Source: Chiloscyllium plagiosum
Lineage: Eukaryota
Length of the DNA stretch: 32,471 bases
Reading direction: 5' to 3'
Assembly (NCBI RefSeq): GCF_004010195.1
Contig: NC_057719.1
Span: 9,122,099-9,154,569 of the forward strand
Part shown: positions 11,861-21,984 of the stretch, piece by piece
Layout: the number at the start of each line of letters is the position of its first letter
How positions within the stretch are numbered: position 1 is the stretch's first letter
The notes under the pieces: model-generated
Seen by the model: the letters and a program-made list of their open reading frames with translations, nothing else
The model's database searches: none
What the model was told of the DNA's origin: nothing
Translations under genes and position numbers: made by a program

Positions 11861-12237
11861 GTTTACTCATTCCCCTTCCAAATCATCACTGACAGAAATT
11901 AAGTTCCTGTTAACTGTACCTTGCTCCTTGTGTCTGGCCAGTTGCATTTCTGGGCTGACACAGGCTGCCCATTAACTTTGTGACCTATGCCTCATGTAAG
12001 ATTCAGTTATACTGTTGTGCTGTGAAGGTAAAAGTTGAAGGGTAGCACTTTATGTCGAAGAGACTTTGCCACAGAACAAGCGCTCACTCTGTTATGGATT
12101 TCAAAACCACCCAATGTCATCAGAAAAGCATGCAGCGTACACCAATGTTTGTCTGTGAGGGGGTGGGTGGCTTTTATTAAAACTTACTGCTCAAATCAAT
12201 AAGATCCAACAGATTAAAAAATCAGATGTCATAGATT

Positions 12238-12420
12238 CACAACAATAACGTTTATATAGTGCCTCTACTGCAGTAAAATGTTATTGGATTCATAGCAGTG
12301 ATTATGAAATAAAATCTGGGCTGTGTCATGCAAGGAGATATTAGGACAGATCAACAAAAGCTTGGGAAAGCAGTAGCCTTTAAAGGAACAGCAGGAGAGC
12401 TAGAGAGATGAGGGCACTTT
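12238..12420 (-). mobile_element. Old L2-type LINE 3' remnant
   Basis: caacaataacgtttatatagtgcct...gtaaaatg...aggagatattaggacagat; reverse complement of an L2-like tail. Confidence 0.5.
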
Positions 12421-12497
12421 GGAATATAAGATCCAGACAGATGAGTACATGTAGATGTGCCCCATGCAATGTGTACCCATAGATTTCCAGTCTTAAA

Positions 12498-12720
12498 GTT
12501 ATAGAGATGTACAGCATGGAAACAGACTCTTTGGTCCAACTCATCCATGCTGACCAGATATACTAAATTAATCTAGTCCTGTTTGCCAGGATTTGGCCCA
12601 TATCCTTCTAATGCCTTTTTAAAGCCTCTACCACCTCTACCACCCATTTAGGTGCCTTTTAAATGTTATAATTGTGCCAGCCTCCACCCCTTCTTCCGGC
12701 AGCTCATCCCATACACTCAC
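12498..12720 (-). mobile_element. CR1 3' fragment
   Basis: atagagatgtacagcatggaaacagac...tttggcccatatcc; same family as 2511-2897. Confidence 0.85.
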
Positions 12721-13092
12721 AATCTTTGTTTGGTTTCACTGAGGATTTAAACTTGCTGTTGCTTTTAGGTCAGTATCTTAGACCTTTCCAAATGCTGCAG
12801 CCAGCTTTTAATTCATTTTTGTCCTTCCTCTCCACAGCAATCCACATGATCCTGACGAGTATTTACATAAAAGTTAAAATACAACTCCTTCTGAGAAGAA
12901 TTTAATTGATGTTCCCTGATCACAAAGTTGATATTTACTCACTGAATCTGCTGTTCTTTCTAATTACAGGCATAACATCCTCACTTTATTATGTTGTCAA
13001 TATTTGTACTCTTGTTGAATTGTGATATAACTATGGGATCTAAATGCATGATTTGTCATGACATTTGAGGTGTATTTAGCTTGGTTTTTTGA

Positions 13093-13308
13093 GTTAGGAT
13101 TAGAGTGGTGCTGGAAAAGCACAGCAGGTCAGGCAGCGTCTGAGGAGCAGGAAAATTGACGTTTCGGGCAGTAGGAAGGGCTAACGAAGGGCTCCTGCCC
13201 GAAACGTCGATTTTCCTGCTCACCGGACGCTGCCTGACCTGCTGCGCTTTTCCAGCACCACTCTAATCTTGACTCAAATCTCCAGCATCTGCAGTCCTCA
13301 CTTTCGCC
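13093..13308 (+). mobile_element. Penelope-like palindromic insertion (family 1) with 13-bp TSD
   Basis: ~74-bp inverted arms; 3' terminus ctccagcatctgcagtcctcactttcgcc; TSD CTTGGT(T/G)TTTTGA at 13080-13092 and 13308-13320. Confidence 0.88.
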
Positions 13309-13531
13309 TTGGTGTTTTGATTGAGCAACCGGTGGGCTTTCTATATTTTTGAAGTTAACTTGCAAGTGTTTCTGTAACCACAAACATTTCTTTACAAAAC
13401 AGATTTTGAAAGCTGGCTTTCCTGTTGTTCTTAAAAGCAAAACCTGCATTGGTTTGTACTCTGCTTTAGACCACTTTGTTAAAACCAAAACAAGTAAAAT
13501 TCTGATCCATCAAGCCAGATTTCAGCTAGGT

Positions 13532-13672
13532 GAAACAAAGACAGAAATTGCTGGAGATACTCAGCAGGTCTGGCAGCATCTGTGAAGAGAAAGCAGAATT
13601 TCAAGTCCAGTGATCTTTCCTTGGAATCATTTTCTGTTTCAGATCTTCAGAATCCACAGATCTTTGTTTTAT
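13532..13672. mobile_element. Penelope-like terminal fragment (family 2), partly inverted
   Basis: gaaacaaagacagaaattgctggagatactcagcaggtctggcagcatctgtg, then inverted ctgtttcagatcttcagaatcc. Confidence 0.7.
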
Positions 13673-14119
13673 TTAGTGTGGATTCAACTTGTCTGGTAAT
13701 AATGTCAAATGGATCACAACAACAGGTAATTGCTATTTCCATTAAGTGAAACCTTTCATTGTGATTCGGTCAGTCTCAGTTTGACGAGTCTGTCTCCTTC
13801 CTGTGCAGAAACCCCAATTGTAATTGACAAAGTCCATCCAGACTGCTTTCCTGCAGGGTTATTAAATGATTCAATGACAAACTTTAGTTAAACTCTTAGC
13901 ACTCGCTGCCGCTGCATGGTCAGCTCTGGATTAACAGCCCAGTAGTTCATTCAGATTGGCTTAATAGGAAAAGGCTAAAAGTGAAAGGTTAAGCTCACTC
14001 GAATGGATAATCAATAGCAGTGTAACTTCTGTAAATGTCAATGTCAACTTCTGCAAATCTGGTTAACTCATCTCGCTGGATCATACTTTCTGTTACAATA
14101 TTCAAACAACAAACTAGGT

Positions 14120-14328
14120 TGTGGGACTCATTGCCACAGAAGGCTTTGGAGGCCAAATCATTGTGTATTTAAAACAGAGATAGGTAGGTTCTTGATTATT
14201 CAGGGGATCAAGGGTAAGGGGGAGAAGGCAGCAGAATGGGGTTGAGAAACATATCAGCCATGACAGAATGGCAGACCAGAATTGATGGGCCAAATGGCTA
14301 ATTCTGCTCCCATATCTTATGGTCTTAA
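14120..14328 (+). mobile_element. CR1 3' end
   Basis: tgtgggactcattgccacagaaggct (WDSLPQKA), then atgggccaaatggctaattctgctcccatatcttatggtctta tail. Confidence 0.85.
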
Positions 14329-14371
14329 CCAGGGCTGTTTATTTACAGTAATATAAAGCAAGTTCTGAAGA

Positions 14372-14548
14372 CCTGAAACCAAAACAGAAAATCGTGGAGA
14401 AACTCAGGAGGTCTGGTAGAATCTGTGGAGCGAAAGCAGTGTTGACGGTCACTGATGTGGACTTGAAATATTAATTCGACTTTCTTTCCATAGATGCTGC
14501 CACAGCTACTGAGCTTCTCCACCGTTCTCTGTCTTTGTTTCAGATCTC
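14372..14548. mobile_element. Penelope-like palindromic fragment (family 2), degenerate
   Basis: Arms ctgaaaccaaaacagaaaatcgtggagaaactcag... and ...ctgagcttctccaccgttctctgtctttgtttcag. Confidence 0.7.
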
Positions 14549-14883
14549 TGGCGGCTTTGAGTATGAAAGGAACAAGGAGGGAAAGACCCAGCTGAGCAAT
14601 CAGAGTTGCCTCACATTACTGTACTCACAGCGTCAAAGTCTTTTTGCCCCACTTTTTAATTCATGTCCAGTACACCAGTATTGGAGCTAAGGTCAGCTTT
14701 TATTTCCCATCCCTTATCGTCCTGGAGGGGATGGTTGGTGAGCCAGATTCTTGAATACAACTGGCTTGCCAGTTATCTTGAGTCACAGTTAAGTCAAATC
14801 AGGAAAGCACAGCAGATTTGCTTCCTTAAAAAGATCATTACTGAAGCAAATGGATTTTACAACAGTTTCACTATCATCATGGG

Positions 14884-15365
14884 AAGGAGATGGTGTAGTT
14901 GCAATGCTATTGGATGAGTGCTTGGTTTGCTCAGTTGGCTGAATAGCTGGCTTGCATTGCAGAATAGCACTAACAGTGTGAGTTCAATTCCTGCACGGAC
15001 TGACATTACCATGAAGGAGTTTCCTTGTCAATCTCTTTCCTTGCCTGAGGCATGTTGACCCTCAGGTTAAACTGTCTTCCCCTGATTAGTGTGGAGTATG
15101 GTGAATTTAATCCAGAAATCCAGGTTAATTCTACTGACAGAAGAGCTCACATTCTACTGCGGAGTTGGTGAAATTTGAACGCTGGAACTGAAGACTCGTT
15201 TGGTTCACTGATGCTCTTTTGGGAAAGAAACATGCCATCCTCACCTGGTGTGCCCTACATGTGACTCCAGACCCACAGCAAGTGTGGTTGACTTTTAGCT
15301 GCCCTCTGAAGTGCCCAGCAAGTAATTCTGTTCAAGGGCTATTATGGACACTCAAACAACTGTTA
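14884..15365 (+). mobile_element. tRNA-derived shark SINE (second family), interrupted by a third SINE at ~14916-15108
   Basis: Body ggttcactgatgctc...catgtgactccagacccacagca...ctgccctctg matches 18150-18515. The insert has its own A-box (tttgctcagttggct) and B-box (gagttcaattcc). Confidence 0.65.
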
Positions 15366-15407
15366 GTAATGGAAGGGTTTTTTTAAAATATCACGAGACC
15401 GTAAGAT

Positions 15408-15702
15408 CTCAGTGGTTAGCACTGCTGCCTCACAGCACCAGTGTTCCAGGTTCAATTCCAGCCTCGGGAGACTGTCTGTGTGGAGTTTGCGCATTCTCCC
15501 CGTGTCTGCGTGGGTTTCCTCCAGGTGCTCCGGTTTCCTCCCACAGTCCAAAGATGTGCTGGTCAGGTGAATTGGCCATGCTAAATTGCCCGTAGTGTTA
15601 GGTGAATTAGTCAGAGGGAAATGGGTAGGGTGGGTTACTCTTCAGAGGGTCGGTGTGGACTGTTCCCACATTGTAGGGAATCTAATCTAATCTAGTCTAA
15701 TC
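15408..15702 (+). mobile_element. HE1-type SINE (well preserved)
   Basis: tcagtggttagcactgctgcctcacagc, ggttcaattcc, core gtggagtttgc.cattctccccgtgtctgcgtgggtttcctcc, (AATCT)n tail. Confidence 0.92.
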
Positions 15703-16025
15703 CTGGAGCAGAAGTAGGCCATTCAGCCCATTGAATCTGCTGTGCCATTTGATTATGGCTGATGCGTTTCTCAACTCATTGTCCTGCCTTATCCCTGTAA
15801 CCCTTAATTTCCTTACCAATCAAAAACGTATCTCTGTCTTAAATACAATCAATGACTTGGGCTCCATAGTCATGCGTGGCAATGAAATCCACAGATTGAC
15901 CAATCTCTGGGTGAAGATATTTCTCCCCAGTGCAGTTCTAAAGGGCCATACCTTCACCCTGAGGCTGGACCCTTGGGTCCGAATCTCTCCTATTAGTAGA
16001 ATCTTCTCCATGTCCAATCCACCAT
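15703..16025 (-). mobile_element. CR1 3' fragment
   Basis: Minus-strand ORF GEIRTQGSSLRVKVWPFRTALGRNIFTQRLVNLWISLP...VFKTEI. Confidence 0.88.
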
Positions 16026-16199
16026 CTAATTAACTAGATTAGCTTTTCATTGCAGGTTTACTTTATGAATTAAGTTTTAATTCCTCATCTGGGACTTGAA
16101 TTATTGTCTCATGGTTATTTACTCAGGCCAGCTGGAACCTTTAAAACGGACTCCCTTCCAGCCCATCTCCTATCCATCCCCAACCTTTTCAGAGGTAAT

Positions 16200-16570
16200 A
16201 CAAGGTTAAGTGCAGGGAGAATTATAAGGGAATACATAGCATGAATAAAAAGGACCTTCGTTTCCTTCCCTATCAGCAGAGAGGTCATGAACCAGGAAGC
16301 ATAGATTCAATGTGATTTGTGAAAGGATTGAGGGGTTGGAGTTGATGGTCTCGAGGATCCAGAATTAACTGCGTGAAATAGGAGAATCAGCAAGACACTG
16401 CCCATTTGAAAAAAAAAACACTTTGAGGTGCTTTTGGAGCGCCGGAAATCCCAGGGATCCAGATCAAGAACTGGAAAGTAGGATGAGATGAGATGGTGCT
16501 TTTCTGTCCCAACACAGACACGTTGGGCTGAACAGTCTCTTAAATGTTGCTGAAACATTCCACATTTCTG
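16200..16570 (+). mobile_element. Degenerate CR1 3' end
   Basis: agaggtcatgaaccaggaagcatagattcaa (S.TR.HRF) and cacgttgggctgaacagtctct..tgttgctgaaacattc 3'UTR. Confidence 0.55.
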
Positions 16571-17171
16571 TGTCTCAATGACTCAAGAATTCCTCTGGGG
16601 ACTCCCCTTTCAGACAATCGAAGCCAAGTGTGCATTCTTGACAAGTTATGCAGAGAGTGCTCTTGAAACTCCTTGGCTGCAGCTCACTGAATGTGTTCCC
16701 TCATCCCTTCCTTGCATAGTTACTACAGACCGTCAAAAACAAGTGGAGTTTTCGGTGATAAATAAATTCCACGGCAACATGGGACTTCATTGCAGTGCAC
16801 TTATCATAATTAATATGACACATTAATAGCTCTGGAAAATCAAAACAAGTGTACAGTCAAATCTCATTAACACAGGTTTTGATACCAATATACTTTAATA
16901 CATTTTAGTAAGTCATTATTCTGTTGTTCTCTTCAATCTGCTTTAAGAGGAAGGAGCTGATGGTAAGAAGTACTCTTGACAGTGGCAGCTCTTTTGTAAT
17001 TACAAGTGAGGAAATTAGTCTGTGCACAGGGGTGTGGGGTAGTGGGAGATCTCAGGGCAGAGGCTGGGGCTGAGGAGTGGTGTTGGGTGCGCATGGCATC
17101 TCTCCAAGTGAAATATTTTATATTATCCATTCATCATTGAGTCAACGTATTTGGTACCACTGAGTTTGAGT

Positions 17172-18120
17172 TTCATTGGTTGATTTATTGTTGTCACATG
17201 TACTGAGACACAGTAAAAAGTGGTGCTTTGAGTGGTCTACATGCAGATCGTACCACACAATGTGCATCAGAGTAGCAGAACAGGTGCAGAATGCAATATT
17301 ACAGCTGCAGAAAAGATGCAGAGAGAGGGATCTGGAGTTGGGACATATGTACGACTGAACACTGTTGTCAAAGCAAAGCTCTCTGTCTTGGTTCCTAGGC
17401 CTGGGTGCACTTTATCATGCTTTGGGACAGTGGGTCAGTGGTGAGCACAGCTGCCTCACAGCACTCAGGGCCCAGGTTCGATTCCACCTTCAGACAACTG
17501 TCAGTGTGGAGTCCACACGTTCTCCCCGGAGTGGGTTTGCTCCAGTCTCCCACCATAGTCTAAAGATTTGCAGGTTATGTGAATTGGCTATGTTAAAGTG
17601 GCCATAGTGTTCAGGGGAGTTACAGGGATAGGGTGTATCTGTGTGGGATGCTCTTTGGAAGGTCGATATGGTCCAAATGGCCTGTCCCCACTCTGCAGGG
17701 ATTCCAGTTCAGTTTGATAACAGTGGGGAAGATGTTGCTCTTAAAGCTATTTGTCCATGAATTCAAACTTTTACATCTTCAGTCTGACGGAAGAGGGTGG
17801 AAGAGAGTATAACTAGGGTGGGAGGGGTCTTTGACTGTGCTGATTGCTTTCCCGAGGCAGTGGGAAGTGTAGACGGAGTCAATGGATGGAAGGCTGGTTT
17901 GTGTGATGGACTCGGCTGTGTTTATGACTATCTGTAGTTTCCTGTCATCTTGGGAAGAACGGTTGCCAAACCAGGCTGTGATGCGTCCACCTCAGATGCT
18001 TTCTACAGAGCATCTATAAACATTGGAAAGAGTCTTTGTGGACATGCTGAATTTCCTTACCCTCCAGAGGAATAGAGGCATTGTTGTGCCTTCTTGATCA
18101 TCGCATCGACATGGGTGGTT
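17172..18120 (-). mobile_element. Rex1/Babar-type LINE 3' fragment (pieces ~17172-17330 and 17706-18120) with inserted SINE
   Basis: Minus-strand pieces KKAQQCLY, ITAWFGN, ITQTSLPSIDSVYTSHCLGKA, KDPSHPSY.LFHPLPS; 3'UTR cagtacatgtgacaacaataaa. Confidence 0.75.
17423..17705 (+). mobile_element. HE1-type SINE
   Basis: cagtggtgagcacagctgcctcacagc, B-box ggttcgattcc, tail aaatggcctgt...cagggattc. Confidence 0.85.
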
Positions 18121-18149
18121 TGTGTGGTTCATGGAACGTTTGAGTAAAA

Positions 18150-18515
18150 TTGGTAATTCCAATCAGGCTGGTAATCTTGGTGCCCAAATTAATGTTCTAT
18201 GGGCATGAGTTCAAATCCCGCTCCAGCTGTGAGTGGAATTTATATTCAGCGAGGATATCTTTCATGCGAGGCTTGTCTCAGTAATGGTGACCATGGCAAT
18301 GATCAGCAATTGTTGGAAAACCCCACCTGGTTCATGAATGTCCTTTAAGGAAGGAAATCTGCCTATGTCACATGGTCTGGCCTTCATGTGACTCCAGACT
18401 TACAGTTAATGTGGTTGACCCTTAACTGCCCTCTGGGCAATTAGGGATCGGCAATAAATTAGGGATGGGCCCTGCCAATCATGTCCACAGTCCGTGAGTG
18501 AACAAAAACAAAAAA
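18150..18515 (+). mobile_element. tRNA-derived shark SINE (second family)
   Basis: B-box gagttcaaatccc, body catgtgactccagac..., tail gggcaattagggat.ggcaataaat and A-rich end. Confidence 0.75.
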
Positions 18516-18734
18516 TAATGGGAGAAAACGTATGAGAAAAGCCAGGAAGAATGAAAGAGGTTCAATATGCTTTAACTGCAGAAAGACTACAGGAAGCTAC
18601 AGCACAGAAGGAAATGAGGCTGGGGAGGGGGTGGCCTCATTCAAATCATAAAGAATTTGTATTCAATTCAATAGCAAGTAGGGAAGTAAAATGAACTCCT
18701 GGCCGTTGTTTCAAATGGAATAGAAATAGGGAGC

Positions 18735-18850
18735 AAAACAACGCCAATGCTGGTAATCTGAAACAAACTCAGAGAATGGTGGAGAAACTCAGCAGGTCTG
18801 GCAGCATCAGATATAGAGTTAATGGTTTCGAGTTGAATTTATTTCAGAAC
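18735..18850 (-). mobile_element. Penelope-like terminal fragment (family 2)
   Basis: aatgctggtaatctgaaacaaa...ggagaaactcagcaggtctggcagcatc...agagttaatggtttcgag...ttcagaact. Confidence 0.7.
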
Positions 18851-18980
18851 TGGAGAACAAGCTTTTACAGGTCAGGGCAGGGTTGGCAGGGAGAAGGATG
18901 GGGGTTGGGACGGTGACGGCCACGTACAATATATCGGGAGGTCAGCCGACCCAGAACCCCCACAAAAACCCACCAGGAAA

Positions 18981-19014
18981 TGAACCTTGACCCTCATTGA
19001 ACCCCTCATGAACC
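18981..19014 (-). promoter_or_regulatory. Candidate composite nuclear-receptor element (DR1+DR4+DR5)
   Basis: TGAACC-t-TGACCC-tcat-TGAACC-cctca-TGAACC gives four RGKTCA half-sites on the minus strand, spaced 1, 4 and 5 nt. Confidence 0.3.
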
Positions 19015-19016
19015 CC

Positions 19017-19115
19017 TCAGGATGGCCACATGTCTGTGTACGCTCCTCCCCCCCTCCCTTGGTTCGGGGAATGGGGAGGAGGGGAGGAGCGTACACAGAC
19101 ATGTGGCCATCCTGA
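19017..19115. repeat. Perfect 35-bp inverted repeat (99-nt hairpin)
   Basis: 19017-19051 is the exact reverse complement of 19081-19115; the stem extends 7 more pairs after one mismatch. Confidence 0.95.
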
Positions 19116-19476
19116 CACAGGAATATGAAACTGCTCATAGCTCATACCCCATCCATCTTTAAATTGAAAAGCCCAGTTTGTGTCTCTGAGCCTTAAATTT
19201 GATGCAAGTGTGTACATGCTGATCTGTAAGTCCCTGAAACGTTTCACGTGAGAGAACAGCTAACTGTATCTAGCCCTTTCCCACCATTATTAGCTTTAAT
19301 TATAATGTACATTGGGCAAAAGGTTTGGAATTTTTCATTGGAGAGTAAGGAGTTACACTCTGAGATGAACTAGAAGGCTGAGGTCGGGCTGAATGGACCT
19401 CCTGTGTTGTTTGTTTCTACAGTTCATGTAAAGTGACATTTGATTCCACTTATGCTTCTGAACAGCAGATTAGTGC

Positions 19477-19702
19477 TGGCGAAAGTGAGGACTGCAGATG
19501 CTGGAGGTCAGAGTCAAGATTAGAGCGGTGCTGGAAAAGCATAGCAGGTCAGGCAGCATCCAAGGAGCAGGAAAATCGACCTTTCGGGCAGGAGCCCTTC
19601 GTCCGCCCTTCCGAAGAAGGGCTCCTGCCCAAAACATTGATTTTCCTGCTCCTCGGATGCTGCCTAACCTGCTGTGCTTTTCCAGCGCCACTCTGATCTT
19701 GA
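19477..19702 (-). mobile_element. Penelope-like palindromic insertion (family 1) with 13-bp TSD
   Basis: Terminus ggcgaaagtgaggactgcagatgctggag, ~85-bp inverted arms, TSD AGCAGATTAGTGC at 19464-19476 and 19703-19715. Confidence 0.9.
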
Positions 19703-19759
19703 AGCAGATTAGTGCAGGCAATTAGTTAGATTTGGAGGCTCTTCTGTCTCTCCCTTCAA

Positions 19760-19792
19760 GAGAGTGAGAGAGAGAAAGAGAGAAAGAGAGAG
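19760..19792. repeat. Imperfect (GA)n microsatellite
   Basis: agagtgagagagagaaagagagaaagagagag. Confidence 0.8.
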
Positions 19793-20139
19793 CATGCGAG
19801 GGAACGAAAACCTGAAGAGGGAACAAGGTGATTAAATCGCTGCTACACCGTTACGTGGCCAAGTTAATATTGAGCTTTAAAGTCAAGTCCATACAATGTC
19901 CCCTACACTCCCACCCCCAGCTGTCACATGTTTAATACACTTTGTTCTGACTAAGGCATACCAAAGACGAGCAACAAATCAGTCAGCTGGAGACAACAAA
20001 GCAGATTTTGATGAAATCTGTGTTTTTTTTTGTTGTCAAACTGACATCTTCAAAAACTCTTTGTGTAAAAGGTCAGACAGGAAATGGTTATTGCAAAACA
20101 AAATAATGGATTTCATTTGTTTTGGATTCTGTTTTTCAG

Positions 20140-20207
20140 GCAACATCGTGGAATGTTCCAAACCAGGGAGAGAGGGAATTGAGCTCACGGTTCAGCAGCT
20201 AGGCAGG
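20140..20207 (+). other. Candidate 68-nt internal exon
   Basis: Acceptor ttctgtttttcag|G and donor AGG|GTTAGC. Only one frame is open (phase 1 to 0): NIVECSKPGREGIELTVQQLGR. Confidence 0.3.
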
Positions 20208-20483
20208 GTTAGCTTTCTGTTCAGACTCAGCAGAAGAGTTGTACCCATCTCCTGCCTCACCTCTTCCCAACTCACTCTCACAACTGAGGAGTTACTGCTC
20301 TAAGATACAGCTACCAACACTCCTTTAAAAACCTGTGACTGAATCGGACTTCTAGCACAGGTGACCCAGGGCTCTTCACAGAGATATAATCAGACAGTCA
20401 GCAATGTGAGTCATGGTCACAGTCTAAGCATGCAGGATAGACCATTGCGGACTGAGATGATGAGAAACACCTTCGCTCAGAAA

Positions 20484-21960
20484 CCATAATATATAGGAGC
20501 AGAATTAAGCCCTTTGTTCAAGACCATTCGATCACAGCTGATATGTCTCTTACCTGACTCTCCTGCATTCTCCCTGTAACCCTTAATAATCAAGAACCTA
20601 TTTCTGTCTTAAAGACACTCAACGACTTGGCCTCTACAGTGCTCTGCAGCAATGAGTGTAAAGAGTCATCACCCTATGGCTGAGGAAATTCATCTTCATC
20701 TCTGTTCTAAAGGGTCTTCCCTTCACTCTGAAGGTTCTGCCCAAAGTCCTAGTTTCTCTTACAAGTGGAAACACCTTCTTCACATCCATTCTATCCAGCC
20801 TCATAATATTCGAATAAGATCTTTGCCAAGGTGCTGCACAGAAGGCTGCAAAATAAGATAAGAGTCCATGGTGTTAGGGGCAGCTCCTGGAATGGATACA
20901 GTATCAGCTGACTGCCAAAAGGCAGATTAAAAGGGTCTTTCTTTGGATCACAGACACTGCAGAGTTCCGCAGGTCTTAGTATTGGGACCACAACTGTTCA
21001 CGTTATACATTAACAATCCAGATGAAGGAACACAGGGCACATCCTTCTAAATGCTATTGAGTACGGACCCAGAGTCCTCAACCACTCCTTATATGACAAG
21101 CCCTTCATCCCCAGGATCATGCTTGTAAACCTCTTTTGGGCCCCCTCCAACGCCAGCACATCCTTCCTTAGATATGGGGTCCAAATCTGCTCACAATGTT
21201 CCAAATGTGGTCTTACCAGATTCTTATACAGCCTGAGCAGTGAATCTCTGCTCTTGTATTCTAGTCCTCTCGAAATGAGCGCGAACATTGCATTTGCCTT
21301 CCCAACTGCCAACTGAACCTGCACATTAACCTGAGCAGAATCCTGAACCAGGACTCCTAAGTCCCTTTGTGCTTCGGATTTCTGAAACCTTCCTCTCTTT
21401 AGAAAATAGTCAATGGCTCTATTCTTCCTACCAGAGTGCATAGCCACCAAAGGGCATAACCTCAAACGTTCTCGCATTGTATTCCATCTGTCATTTCTTT
21501 GCCCACTCCCATAGCCTGTACACGTCCTTCTGCAGCGTCCCCGGATTCTCAACACTACCGTCCCTCCACCTGTCTTCGTGACCTGAAAACCTAGCAACAA
21601 TGCCCTGAGTTCTTCAATCCAGATTGTTAATGTGTAATGTAAACAGTTTGATCCCAATACTGACACCTGCCAAACTCCACAAAGTCACTGTCTGTGATCC
21701 AAAAAAAGACCCTTTTAATCCCCTTTTTATCTGCCTTCTGCCAGTCAGCTGATCTTTTATCCATTCCACGAGCTGCCTCCAACGCCTTGGGCTCTTATCC
21801 TATTTTGCAGCCTCCTGTGCAGCACCATGGAAAAGGTTTTCTGGAAAACCAAATAGATCCCATCCAATGGCTCTTCCTCATCTAATTTGCTCATTAGCTC
21901 CTCCAAGTATTCAAACAGATTTGACAAAGCCATGCTGACTCCACCCTAGTTATTGTGGAC
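20484..21960 (-). mobile_element. Long CR1 fragment (RT to 3' tail) containing an inverted duplicate at ~20818-21040
   Basis: ORF 21010-21666 contains QRDLGVLVQDS...KANAMFALISRGLEYKSRDSLLRLYKNLVRPHLEHCEQIWTPYLRKDVLALEGAQKRFT. Confidence 0.92.
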
Positions 21961-21984
21961 TTCCAAGTCCTCCGCAATCTCATA

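Noticed and set aside
15408..15465. tRNA genes at SINE heads (also 5803, 17423, 28217)
   Set aside because: The A/B boxes run straight into the SINE core and LINE-like tail, with no full cloverleaf.
19017..19115. hAT-type MITE call for the hairpin (CAGG termini)
   Set aside because: No 8-bp or TA target-site duplication in the flanks, so it is left unclassified.
21010..21666. 218-aa ORF as a host gene
   Set aside because: It is a frameshifted CR1 ORF2 fragment, not a cellular gene.
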